Source of the DNA: a virus
Taxonomy: Duplodnaviria; Caudoviricetes
Direction: 5' to 3' (one strand)
IMG/VR virus record: IMGVR_UViG_3300034062_003112
Span: 1 to 37,448 of that record
Length of the DNA: 37,448 nt
Part shown: piece by piece, positions 1 through 6,746 of the stretch
Position numbering within the stretch: the stretch's first letter is position 1
Layout: the number at the start of each line of letters is the position of its first letter
The notes under the pieces: generated by a model
The model's input: only the letters and a program-made list of their open reading frames with translations
The model's database searches: none
What the model was told of the DNA's origin: nothing
Position numbers and translations under genes: made by a program

Positions 1-5
1 CGTTC

Positions 6-770
6 GTGATCTTCGGCGGTTTGGCGATCGTCTGGATGAAAGCCCAGAAGCTGCCCCACACAGCAACCGCTACGCTCCGCGTTGTCTGGCTGATGGCTTT
101 CGCCGCGTGCTGCGTGGCCGCCTTGGGGTTCGTTTCGGAAGGGAACGACTATCATTACCGCAAGACCGCCTCGGTGCAGCAGACAGAAACGGTGACGGTC
201 GAAAGCGCCGACACGCGCCTTGCCCGCATCGACAAAGAGAAAGACGCGATCAGGGCCGACCGTGACCGGCTGGTGGCCGGCGCCCGTGAGAGTATGCGTC
301 TCGTGTTGTCAGACGGGATCGCCGGCAATGACAACTTGCGTGAGTTCGAGGCGCAGATCGCCGCTTATGAGGACGACGCCCGGCAGAAGCTATCCGCATT
401 GGATGAGCAGATCGCCGCCATCGAAGGCGAGCGCCTTAACGCTCGGACGACCGCCACGGCTGAGGCTGTTGGCGATCCGGGATTGCCAGCGGTGTTCCGC
501 TTCCCGGACAGGTACGTGCCCGGCTGGGATGGCATAGCTTTCCGCGATGCGTTCGCGCTGTTTTGGGTTCTCTTGTTGGAGCTGTGCGGATCGGTCGGCG
601 CGCAGGCCTTGCTCAGCGTGCAGATTGCCATGTCCAAGCGGATCAAGGCACAAGCTGCGGGTGAGGCTGGCGGCAGGGCGTCTGCCAAGGCAAAGATGAG
701 GCGCTTGATAACTTACGCCGCTGAGGCGCAGAAGACGAACGTGAAGCCGGAGGCTGACGATGGCAATTGA
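6..770 (+). CDS. Membrane protein with long coiled coil, function unknown (probably 5'-truncated by the window edge)
   Basis: Frame is open to the window edge. Two N-terminal hydrophobic segments, a ~130-aa heptad-rich region, a third hydrophobic segment (AFALFWVLLLELCG) and a basic tail. The stop overlaps the endolysin start. Confidence 0.7.
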   Translation: MIFGGLAIVWMKAQKLPHTATATLRVVWLMAFAACCVAALGFVSEGNDYHYRKTASVQQTETVTVESADTRLARIDKEKDAIRADRDRLVAGARESMRLVLSDGIAGNDNLREFEAQIAAYEDDARQKLSALDEQIAAIEGERLNARTTATAEAVGDPGLPAVFRFPDRYVPGWDGIAFRDAFALFWVLLLELCGSVGAQALLSVQIAMSKRIKAQAAGEAGGRASAKAKMRRLITYAAEAQKTNVKPEADDGN

Positions 771-1785
771 AATTCCAAGGGCTAGGCTGCCGGGCAATCT
801 GCTGGTCTCGGAAGAATGCGACCGGCTGGTCCGGCATTTCGAGGCGTTCCGCCCGGTCGCCTACCAGTGTCCGGCGGGGATATGGACCATCGGCTACGGT
901 TTCACGGATGGGGTCAAGCCGGGCGATACGATCTCAATCGCTGAGGCCAACAAGAGGCTCAAGCTAGAGCTGGAAGAACACGCCATGATTATCCGGCGTG
1001 ATATACCCGACACCCCCTTAACTCAGGGGCAATTCGATGCGCTGGTGTCTTACGTCTACAATCTGGGCAGGATATTAGAGACGCTGCTCGCCAAGCTTCG
1101 CGAGAAAGACTACGCGGCCGCGCTGCTGGAATTTCCCCGCGCCTGCCGTGCCGGTGGCAAGCCCCTGCGCGGGCTTTACAGACGCCGTCTGGCTGAGGCC
1201 TGCCTCTGGTCTGGCCTGCCGTGGGAAGGGGCTACGGCCCCGCACCTGATCCAGCTAACGGCGGATGACAAGGGATATATTGATTTCGCCAAGACAACGA
1301 CGCTGGAGGAGGTGTTGCAGCGGGCGCGTCAGGATCTCACCACGACGCAGATAAGGGCCGGCGTGCCCGAAGCGCCGCCCATCATTCCGGCGCCGCCGAC
1401 TGCGATTGTTGAGCCGCCGCCGGTCGTCAAGGTTGTGGCGCCGCCTCCTGCGCCTCCAGCGCCCCCACCGGCTCCGCCCCCACCCCCGCCACCCCCACCG
1501 GCGCCGCCTCCTGTTGAGATGCAGCAGAAAGCCGTCAATGCGGCGTCTTACGGCCCCGATGCGGCGTGGAGTTCGGCTAAATCCATGCTTCTCTCCCGGC
1601 GGTTCTGGGGGCTCTTCTTAATCATCTCGGGCCGTCTGGCGCTGACCTGGACGGGGAGCAATGCGCTCCTCAGCGGGGCGTCTGACCCCATCGTTGCCGA
1701 GCTGATGACCGGCTTTATCGTCATGTGCGTGGGCGAGGCCATCCAGAAGTGGGGACAAGTAAAAGCCACAAGGCCCTTGAAATGA
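760..1785 (+). CDS. Endolysin (GH24/T4-lysozyme-like muramidase) with Pro-rich linker and C-terminal holin-like membrane domain
   Basis: Catalytic pattern E-x8-C-x5-T (E28, C37, T43 in FEAFRPVAYQCPAGIWTIGYG), plus LTQGQFDALVSYVYNLG and GLYRRRLAE motifs. GGAGG upstream. Two hydrophobic segments at the C-terminus. Confidence 0.9.
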   Translation: MAIEIPRARLPGNLLVSEECDRLVRHFEAFRPVAYQCPAGIWTIGYGFTDGVKPGDTISIAEANKRLKLELEEHAMIIRRDIPDTPLTQGQFDALVSYVYNLGRILETLLAKLREKDYAAALLEFPRACRAGGKPLRGLYRRRLAEACLWSGLPWEGATAPHLIQLTADDKGYIDFAKTTTLEEVLQRARQDLTTTQIRAGVPEAPPIIPAPPTAIVEPPPVVKVVAPPPAPPAPPPAPPPPPPPPPAPPPVEMQQKAVNAASYGPDAAWSSAKSMLLSRRFWGLFLIISGRLALTWTGSNALLSGASDPIVAELMTGFIVMCVGEAIQKWGQVKATRPLK

Positions 1786-2087
1786 TTGACAAATTCTTTG
1801 AGTGGTTTCGTAAAGTCCCCGACTGGCTCATTGTCTTGGCGCTGGGCATTCTGGCCGGCAAATGGTATGTGGAACGCGAGAAAGATAAAGTCCGCCGCGA
1901 GGAACGCGAACGCGCAGCGGCTCGGGAGAAGGAAGCAGAGCTTGAAACTGTCCAAGCAATTCGTAACGTGGAGCAGGGATCAAGAGCTTCGGCCGATGAA
2001 GCTATTGCTGCCCGCAGCGATGCTCCTCGGGTGTCTGATGCTGATGGCGTGCCAGCACCCGTCGCCGCCCGCATCTTCTCAGACTAG
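1782..2087 (+). CDS. Inner-membrane spanin (Rz-like)
   Basis: ATG at 1782 overlaps the endolysin stop (ATGA). N-terminal TM (WLIVLALGILAG) followed by a charged coiled coil. Located directly after the endolysin. Confidence 0.8.
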   Translation: MIDKFFEWFRKVPDWLIVLALGILAGKWYVEREKDKVRREERERAAAREKEAELETVQAIRNVEQGSRASADEAIAARSDAPRVSDADGVPAPVAARIFSD

Positions 2088-2241
2088 CGGAATGATAGCA
2101 GACGCGGATCTCGTGACCCGCGCCGACGCGTGCCGGGCGCTTCGGCCGGCGCAGATATCGCGGTCCTCGCCGGTCGAGCTGATTAACTACGTGGTGGCCG
2201 CAGATGCGGCGTGGCTTGTTTTCTGCGGGAGCGACAAATGA
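1996..2241 (+). CDS. Outer-membrane lipoprotein spanin (Rz1-like), overlapping the i-spanin
   Basis: Internal ATG 1996 of the 1786..2241 ORF gives MKLLLPAAMLLGCLMLMAC: a signal peptide with lipobox, then a Pro/Ser linker and two further Cys. Starts inside the i-spanin in another frame. Confidence 0.8.
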   Translation: MKLLLPAAMLLGCLMLMACQHPSPPASSQTSGMIADADLVTRADACRALRPAQISRSSPVELINYVVAADAAWLVFCGSDK

Positions 2242-2459
2242 ACTTCTTCGGCGTGGATCTGGTAACTTACCTCGCATCGATCATAACGGTGTTGTTCTTC
2301 GCAAGCCCGACCCGCTGGTTCTTGAATAAAGTTTGGAACGGCATCCGGTCCCTGTTTGGGGGCGGCAAAGTCGACTAGGAAGGTAACGATTGTTACCGCC
2401 CCGACCCACCACACGAAGACCATCACGACTATCAGGGCGGCGAGGGGTAGGCGGGTCAT
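2187..2459 (-). CDS. Hypothetical membrane protein, last gene of the leftward small-gene operon
   Basis: ATG 2459 is coupled (ATGA) to the stop of the upstream 31-aa ORF. N-terminal hydrophobic segment MTRLPLAALIVVMVFVWWVGAVTIVTFLV. The 3' part overlaps plus-strand lysis genes antisense. Confidence 0.4.
   Translation of the reverse strand: MTRLPLAALIVVMVFVWWVGAVTIVTFLVDFAAPKQGPDAVPNFIQEPAGRACEEQHRYDRCEVSYQIHAEEVHLSLPQKTSHAASAATT
2238..2378 (+). CDS. Small membrane protein (46 aa), possible holin/antiholin or lysis accessory
   Basis: Translated by hand: MNFFGVDLVTYLASIITVLFFASPTRWFLNKVWNGIRSLFGGGKVD. ATGA overlap with the o-spanin stop; one TM plus an amphipathic helix. Below the ORF-track cutoff. 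Confidence 0.6.
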   Translation: MNFFGVDLVTYLASIITVLFFASPTRWFLNKVWNGIRSLFGGGKVD

Positions 2460-2551
2460 GGTGTCATCCTCATTGATATTTCCAACGCCACGAACCACAG
2501 CGCCACGCAGACGATCGCCATCAGGGCGGTGGTGAGCCAGGGGCGGGTCAT
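2456..2551 (-). CDS. Small hydrophobic peptide (31 aa)
   Basis: MTRPWLTTALMAIVCVALWFVALEISMRMTP. ATGA-coupled at both ends, with GGAGGAG upstream. Confidence 0.5.
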   Translation of the reverse strand: MTRPWLTTALMAIVCVALWFVALEISMRMTP

Positions 2552-2712
2552 TCCACCATCTCCTCCACCTGCTCCACCACACCAGCATAATCATCGCTGC
2601 CGTAGTCAATCACAAATCCCAAACAAATAAAGCTTTCCACCCGCCCGTCTCGCGTCGTCACGTAAGGCATGTAACCAGCGCGCAGGCATTCCTGTATCGT
2701 AAGATACCTCAT
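2548..2712 (-). CDS. Hypothetical protein (54 aa, acidic C-terminus)
   Basis: MRYLTIQECLRAGYMPYVTTRDGRVESFICLGFVIDYGSDDYAGVVEQVEEMVE. ATGA-coupled to both neighbours. Confidence 0.6.
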   Translation of the reverse strand: MRYLTIQECLRAGYMPYVTTRDGRVESFICLGFVIDYGSDDYAGVVEQVEEMVE

Positions 2713-2906
2713 TTCCTGCCCCCCTTGCGGAACGCTATCACTTTGGCCCGCTCAAGCGCCGCGGCGTCCAGGCCATCAAGGTCGCAGTAAGCCTCGCGCA
2801 CGGATGGCGCGTTGACCCGCTCCTGCCAGTGGGGCGGGCCGGGGTAGATGGTCGCCTCGGAGCGGCGAAGGTGTTTCGTGAGGTTGAAGTTGCGGGTGAA
2901 GATCAT
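2709..2906 (-). CDS. Hypothetical protein (65 aa)
   Basis: Strong AGGAGG RBS before the ATG; its stop overlaps the next start. Confidence 0.7.
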   Translation of the reverse strand: MIFTRNFNLTKHLRRSEATIYPGPPHWQERVNAPSVREAYCDLDGLDAAALERAKVIAFRKGGRK

Positions 2907-2915
2907 GGGGTCCTC

Positions 2916-3098
2916 CTATGTGCGAGCCTGCATCCACCGCTTTGTGGCGGCGTTGAAGGCATCTCTATACTCAGGATCGTTGAGCATTCGTAAACGGTGC
3001 TCTTCGCTGCGGCGCCAAAGTTCGGCAAAGTCACCGTGTATCAGCTCGCAGTCTGGCGGTTCGTGTGAGGGGATGCGGTAAAGGGTTTGGTCGTCCAT
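2916..3098 (-). CDS. Hypothetical protein (60 aa), first gene of the leftward operon
   Basis: ACAGGAGA RBS before the ATG; divergent from the HTH gene. Confidence 0.7.
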   Translation of the reverse strand: MDDQTLYRIPSHEPPDCELIHGDFAELWRRSEEHRLRMLNDPEYRDAFNAATKRWMQART

Positions 3099-3176
3099 GG
3101 CGCTCTCCTGTGCTGTGTGTGTATGCGTGCATATCGCGCACAGTTTGGCAAGAGGGGGAAACGCAGATATTTGTGC

Positions 3177-3211
3177 TTGACTTTATCGGGCGTCGCCCGC
3201 ACATGGGCTTC
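3177..3211 (+). promoter_or_regulatory. Putative rightward sigma70-type promoter containing a palindromic operator
   Basis: TTGACT at 3177-3182 and a perfect palindrome CGGGCG-T-CGCCCG at 3187-3199 in the spacer. ATG 3212 lies about where +1 would be. The -10 match is weak. Confidence 0.45.
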
Positions 3212-3394
3212 ATGACATTTGCAGATTGGCTTGAGAAGCAGGGTTTGGACGATGCGGCGGCGGGTAAACTCCTCGCCCGCGATCGATCGCACATTTCGAA
3301 GCTGCGGCGCGGCAAACACCGGCCGTCTTACGAATTGATGCTGCTGATTGCTAAAGTGAGCAAGGGCGCTGTGGGACTGGAAACGTGGCGCTGA
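3212..3394 (+). CDS. XRE/Cro-family helix-turn-helix regulator (~60 aa)
   Basis: MTFADWLEKQGLDDAAAGKLLARDRSHISKLRRGKHRPSYELMLLIAKVSKGAV fits the HTH_XRE pattern. Start is 3212 or 3203 rather than the track's 3065. Confidence 0.8.
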   Translation: MTFADWLEKQGLDDAAAGKLLARDRSHISKLRRGKHRPSYELMLLIAKVSKGAVGLETWR

Positions 3395-3852
3395 GATTTA
3401 CCATACCCGGCGAGCCACGCGGCAAGGGCCGCCCGCGGTTTGGCCGCTCACGCGCCGGTTTTGCGGTGGCGTACACGGACAACGCGACCGCAGCTTACGA
3501 AAATCTGGTCAAGCTGGCCGCACGCCAGGCAGGTGTGACGCCGATCGATGGGCCGCTGTTTGTGCAGGTCAATGCTTACTTCTCGGTGCCGCAATCGTGG
3601 AGCAAGAAGCGCCGCGCGGCTGCGCTTGAAGGAGCCGAAGCGCCATCGCGTTTTGATGTTGACAATATCGCCAAAGCCGTTCTGGATGGTCTCAATGGTG
3701 TGGCGTTTGCGGACGACAAGCAGATCGTCACTCTACTGGCGAGCAAGGCTTTCGGGCATTTTGCGCGCTGCGAAGTACAGGTTTTCCCAGCAATGGGAAT
3801 AAAAGAGCAAGCGGTGGCATCCGACGAACTAAGGCCCTCTGGGCTCGAATAA
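3385..3852 (+). CDS. rusA: RusA-family Holliday junction resolvase
   Basis: N-terminal GEPRGKGRPRF and acidic catalytic motif DVDNIAKAVLDGLNGVAFADDKQI. Confidence 0.9.
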   Translation: MALRFTIPGEPRGKGRPRFGRSRAGFAVAYTDNATAAYENLVKLAARQAGVTPIDGPLFVQVNAYFSVPQSWSKKRRAAALEGAEAPSRFDVDNIAKAVLDGLNGVAFADDKQIVTLLASKAFGHFARCEVQVFPAMGIKEQAVASDELRPSGLE

Positions 3853-3863
3853 GTCGGGGCGCT

Positions 3864-3935
3864 GCTCCTTACCTGCCACCGCTCGCCTTCCCCCGGGAAT
3901 GCGGAGCAAGGGTAAGGGGTGAAAAAGTAAGGAGC
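3864..3935 (+). promoter_or_regulatory. Putative RBS-sequestering RNA structure upstream of the ATPase gene
   Basis: GCTCCTTAC (3864-3872) is the exact reverse complement of GTAAGGAGC (3927-3935), which contains the SD. It can alternatively pair with GGTAAGGGGT (3911-3920). Confidence 0.5.
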
Positions 3936-3940
3936 TGAAG

Positions 3941-4729
3941 ATGGGATTAGCCATCATTTCAGCCGACGAACGCATGGCCGAACAGAGAGGCGTCAAGCTT
4001 CTCATTGTCGGACCGCCGGGCGTTGGCAAAACAAGTTTGCTCAGGACACTCGATCCTGAGACCGTACTCTTCATCGATCTGGAAGCCGGCAATCTGTCCG
4101 TCTCGGACGTGCCGGTTGACGAGCTGCGGCCCAAGACCTGGCAGGAATGCCGCGATCTGGCGTGTTTTCTTGCGGGGCCGAACACCAATGTTCGCGCTTC
4201 GGATTTGTATGGCCAGCAGCATTACGATGCTGTCTGCGAGAAGTTCGGCGATGCGTCGGCGCTGGATAAATACCAGACCGTGTTCATCGACAGCATCACG
4301 GAAGCCGCCCGCCTATGCATGGCGTGGTGTGAGACGCAGCCCGAGGCGATGACCGCCAAAGGCGATAAAGACACGCGCGGAATGTATGGGCTTCTCGGCC
4401 GGCAGATGATTGCGTGGATTAAGCGTCTCCAACAGGCGCGCACGCGCAATGTCGTTTTCGTGTGCCTGCTGAATGAGGACGAAGATGATTTTGGCCGCAA
4501 GACCTGGTCGATCCAGATTGACGGGGCCAAGACAGGGCGTGAGATGCCCGGCATTGTTGATGAGGTGATTACTTTTGCGATCATCCGTCCTGATGAGGGC
4601 GACCCCTACAGGGCTTTCATCACGCATCCGGAGAATGAATGGGGCTTCCCTGCGAAGGATCGGTCCGGGCGTTTGTCAGCAATGGAAAAACCACACCTCG
4701 GCGAGCTGTTCGCCAAGCTTTTAGGTTAA
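3941..4729 (+). CDS. AAA_24-type P-loop ATPase (Sak4-like single-strand annealing recombinase)
   Basis: Walker A GPPGVGKT, IDLEAG, Walker B VFIDSIT and C-terminal AKDRSG. AAGGAG RBS; adjacent to an SSB-like gene. Confidence 0.85.
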   Translation: MGLAIISADERMAEQRGVKLLIVGPPGVGKTSLLRTLDPETVLFIDLEAGNLSVSDVPVDELRPKTWQECRDLACFLAGPNTNVRASDLYGQQHYDAVCEKFGDASALDKYQTVFIDSITEAARLCMAWCETQPEAMTAKGDKDTRGMYGLLGRQMIAWIKRLQQARTRNVVFVCLLNEDEDDFGRKTWSIQIDGAKTGREMPGIVDEVITFAIIRPDEGDPYRAFITHPENEWGFPAKDRSGRLSAMEKPHLGELFAKLLG

Positions 4730-4741
4730 GGAGAAACACAC

Positions 4742-5320
4742 ATGTCAGCATTTGATTTCAACACGGCCGAAGTGTCTGGGTCCGGGTCCAGCGGTCCGAT
4801 ACCGGACGGCACGGTGGCGCCGGTTATCCTGCATCTGCGTGGGCTTAAAACATCTGCTCGCGACACGCGCATTCAGGGGCTTGATCTGGAATACACGGTG
4901 CTCGAGGGGCCCTATAAAGGCAGGAAAGCCTGGAAGTGGGCCGGCATCACGGGCACTGGCAGCGATGGCCATAATAAAATGATCGCCATCACGCGGTCGC
5001 ATATTCGCGGCGTGCTGGAAAGCGCATACGGGGTAAAGTCTACGGATGACAGCCCGGAAGCCATGGCGGCGCGCAAGATTGCGGACTGGGACGATCTGGA
5101 CGGCATCGCGTTCGTTGCCCGCTTTGGCGTTGAAGAGGGCTCGGATTACGTTGACGCCCGGTCCGGCGAGACCGTGAAAGGCAAGGCCAAGAACACGGTG
5201 ACTGCCGTGGGAGTTGATGAGGCCGATTACGCCGGGTTCAAGCCGGCGAAGCCAAAGGCGGCTGGCATTCCAAAGCCGCCTGCCGGTGTCAAAGCGTCAA
5301 CCCGTCCCGCGTGGGGCTGA
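4742..5320 (+). CDS. Putative single-stranded DNA-binding protein (DUF669-like)
   Basis: FDFN N-terminus, PIPDGT, EYTVLEGPYKGRKAW, and a low-complexity tail ending PAW. Lies directly after the Sak4-like gene; AAGGAG RBS. Confidence 0.7.
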   Translation: MSAFDFNTAEVSGSGSSGPIPDGTVAPVILHLRGLKTSARDTRIQGLDLEYTVLEGPYKGRKAWKWAGITGTGSDGHNKMIAITRSHIRGVLESAYGVKSTDDSPEAMAARKIADWDDLDGIAFVARFGVEEGSDYVDARSGETVKGKAKNTVTAVGVDEADYAGFKPAKPKAAGIPKPPAGVKASTRPAWG

Positions 5321-5327
5321 TCTTAAC

Positions 5328-5349
5328 GGGGCCAGCTTCGGCTGGCCCC
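5328..5349 (+). terminator. Stable stem-loop with cUUCGg tetraloop (weak terminator or RNA stability/processing element)
   Basis: GGGGCCAGC-TTCG-GCTGGCCCC is a perfect 9-bp stem just after the SSB stop. There is no clear U-tract. Confidence 0.55.
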
Positions 5350-5350
5350 C

Positions 5351-5758
5351 ATGGGGTTTATCATGTCGAGAAAAGACCCGGACACCCGGGCCGCGGTGGA
5401 GGCCGCAGCCCGGTTGAAACAACTATTGAAAGACCGCGGACACCACATCACCGCGCAGGAGGCTGAGGTTATGGCTTCCAGCGTGGTGTGTGAGTGGATC
5501 AAGCATCGCACGCATCACTGGGCTGTCAGAAGGGGGACGCCTGCCTTCGGTGATCCTGATGCCATGACGCAGGGGTTTGCGCTGGCTGCTCTGGGCATGA
5601 TCGCCACGAAAGCCGGCGGTCTGGAGTGGGGCAAGCCGCTGGGCGACTGGACGGCTGACGACGCCAGCTTGCTGTTTGCGATTGCTTACGAGGCGATCGA
5701 AGCCAGGCGCACGCATACGCTGGAGGACAGCGATAACCCGGAGGACATTGGCGCATGA
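5351..5758 (+). CDS. Hypothetical protein
   Basis: Fills the operon gap and its stop overlaps the next start (ATGA). The start may be 5363. Confidence 0.7.
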   Translation: MGFIMSRKDPDTRAAVEAAARLKQLLKDRGHHITAQEAEVMASSVVCEWIKHRTHHWAVRRGTPAFGDPDAMTQGFALAALGMIATKAGGLEWGKPLGDWTADDASLLFAIAYEAIEARRTHTLEDSDNPEDIGA

Positions 5759-6021
5759 GCCTGCGTTTCAAACATATCGACGAACAGAACCGGCGAGCGG
5801 CGGCAGAGCTGGCAGCGCGAAAGGTTAGCTGCGAGGGGTGTTTCTGGCTGGTCCGGCATCCCCGGCCCATGTGCAGGGGCGAGACGTCACCGCACTATCG
5901 CACCGCGAGGGAAAGCTATCACGAGCGTTGCGCTGCGTTCAGCGTTACGGGCGTTATGCCGGTGATTGAGAACCCGAAGCGCGAAGAGCGCCGCGCACGC
6001 AAGGAGGTTATCAGGCGATGA
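5755..6021 (+). CDS. Small Cys-rich (putative Zn-binding) protein
   Basis: CEGC...C...C pattern; ATGA-coupled on both sides. Confidence 0.65.
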   Translation: MSLRFKHIDEQNRRAAAELAARKVSCEGCFWLVRHPRPMCRGETSPHYRTARESYHERCAAFSVTGVMPVIENPKREERRARKEVIRR

Positions 6022-6746
6022 TTGATTTCAATTTTTCATCCATGCAGCGGTCGGCTGCCATCACTTCGCTGCATGAGGCGCTTGAGAAGGCTCCTCGATC
6101 TCAGGAGAAAAGGCGTGAATATGTGGGCGCTTCTGCGATCGGTGGCCCGTGCGAGCGGCGCGTGCAATACGATTTCATGGGCGCGCCTTATGACGAGGGA
6201 TGGCGTCATTCTGCCCGTACGATGCGCATTTTTGAGCGTGGCCATAAGCTGGAAAGCATGGCCGCTATCTGGCTGGCGGATGCCGGATACCGGCTCACAC
6301 AGACGGGCAAGAACGGGGCGCCCATTGGCTTTTCGGTGGCGGGCGGGGCATTCCGCGGTCACGTGGACCGGGTCATCACGGGCGGTCCTGATGGGCTCCA
6401 ATACCCGCTGATCTGGGAGCATAAGGCTTTGGGTCAGAAAAGCTGGAAAGCCATTGAGAAGTCCGGGCTAGCCAAAGCCAAGCCGGAATACGCCGACCAG
6501 GTTGCGCTTTACCAGGCGTATCTGGATTTGACTAATCCGGCGCTGTTCATGGCCACCTGCGCGGATACGATGGAAGTCTATTTTGAATTGGTTCCGTTCG
6601 ACAAGCAGCGCGCCCAGACAGCGTCAGACAGGGCTGCTGAGATTATTGCTGACAGCCGTGCGGGCGCATTACGCCCTCGCTGCACGGATGACGCGGAGTT
6701 CTGGGCGTGCAAGGATTGTCCGTTTCGCAGGAGGTGCTGGGGATGA
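6018..6746 (+). CDS. PD-(D/E)xK exonuclease, Cas4/RecB-like with probable Fe-S ligands
   Basis: GASAIGGPCERR, GHVD, WEHK, Q..LYQ and C-terminal CKDCPFRRRC. AAGGAGG RBS. Confidence 0.85.
   Translation: MIDFNFSSMQRSAAITSLHEALEKAPRSQEKRREYVGASAIGGPCERRVQYDFMGAPYDEGWRHSARTMRIFERGHKLESMAAIWLADAGYRLTQTGKNGAPIGFSVAGGAFRGHVDRVITGGPDGLQYPLIWEHKALGQKSWKAIEKSGLAKAKPEYADQVALYQAYLDLTNPALFMATCADTMEVYFELVPFDKQRAQTASDRAAEIIADSRAGALRPRCTDDAEFWACKDCPFRRRCWG

Noticed and set aside
1329-1538. Gly-rich minus-strand ORF
   Set aside because: It is simply the reverse complement of the poly-Pro linker.
2187-2609. The 140-aa minus ORF as a single gene from TTG 2609
   Set aside because: Its 5' half is better explained by two ATGA-coupled small ORFs in other frames; only the part from ATG 2459 was kept.
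3065-3211. Longer start for the HTH gene and overlapping minus ORFs 3031..3315 and 3041..3319
   Set aside because: They would overlap the divergent gene and promoter region; the HTH domain begins at about M3212.
6018-6746. CRISPR-Cas system, suggested by the Cas4-like nuclease
   Set aside because: There is no repeat-spacer array and no other cas gene; the context is a phage recombination module.
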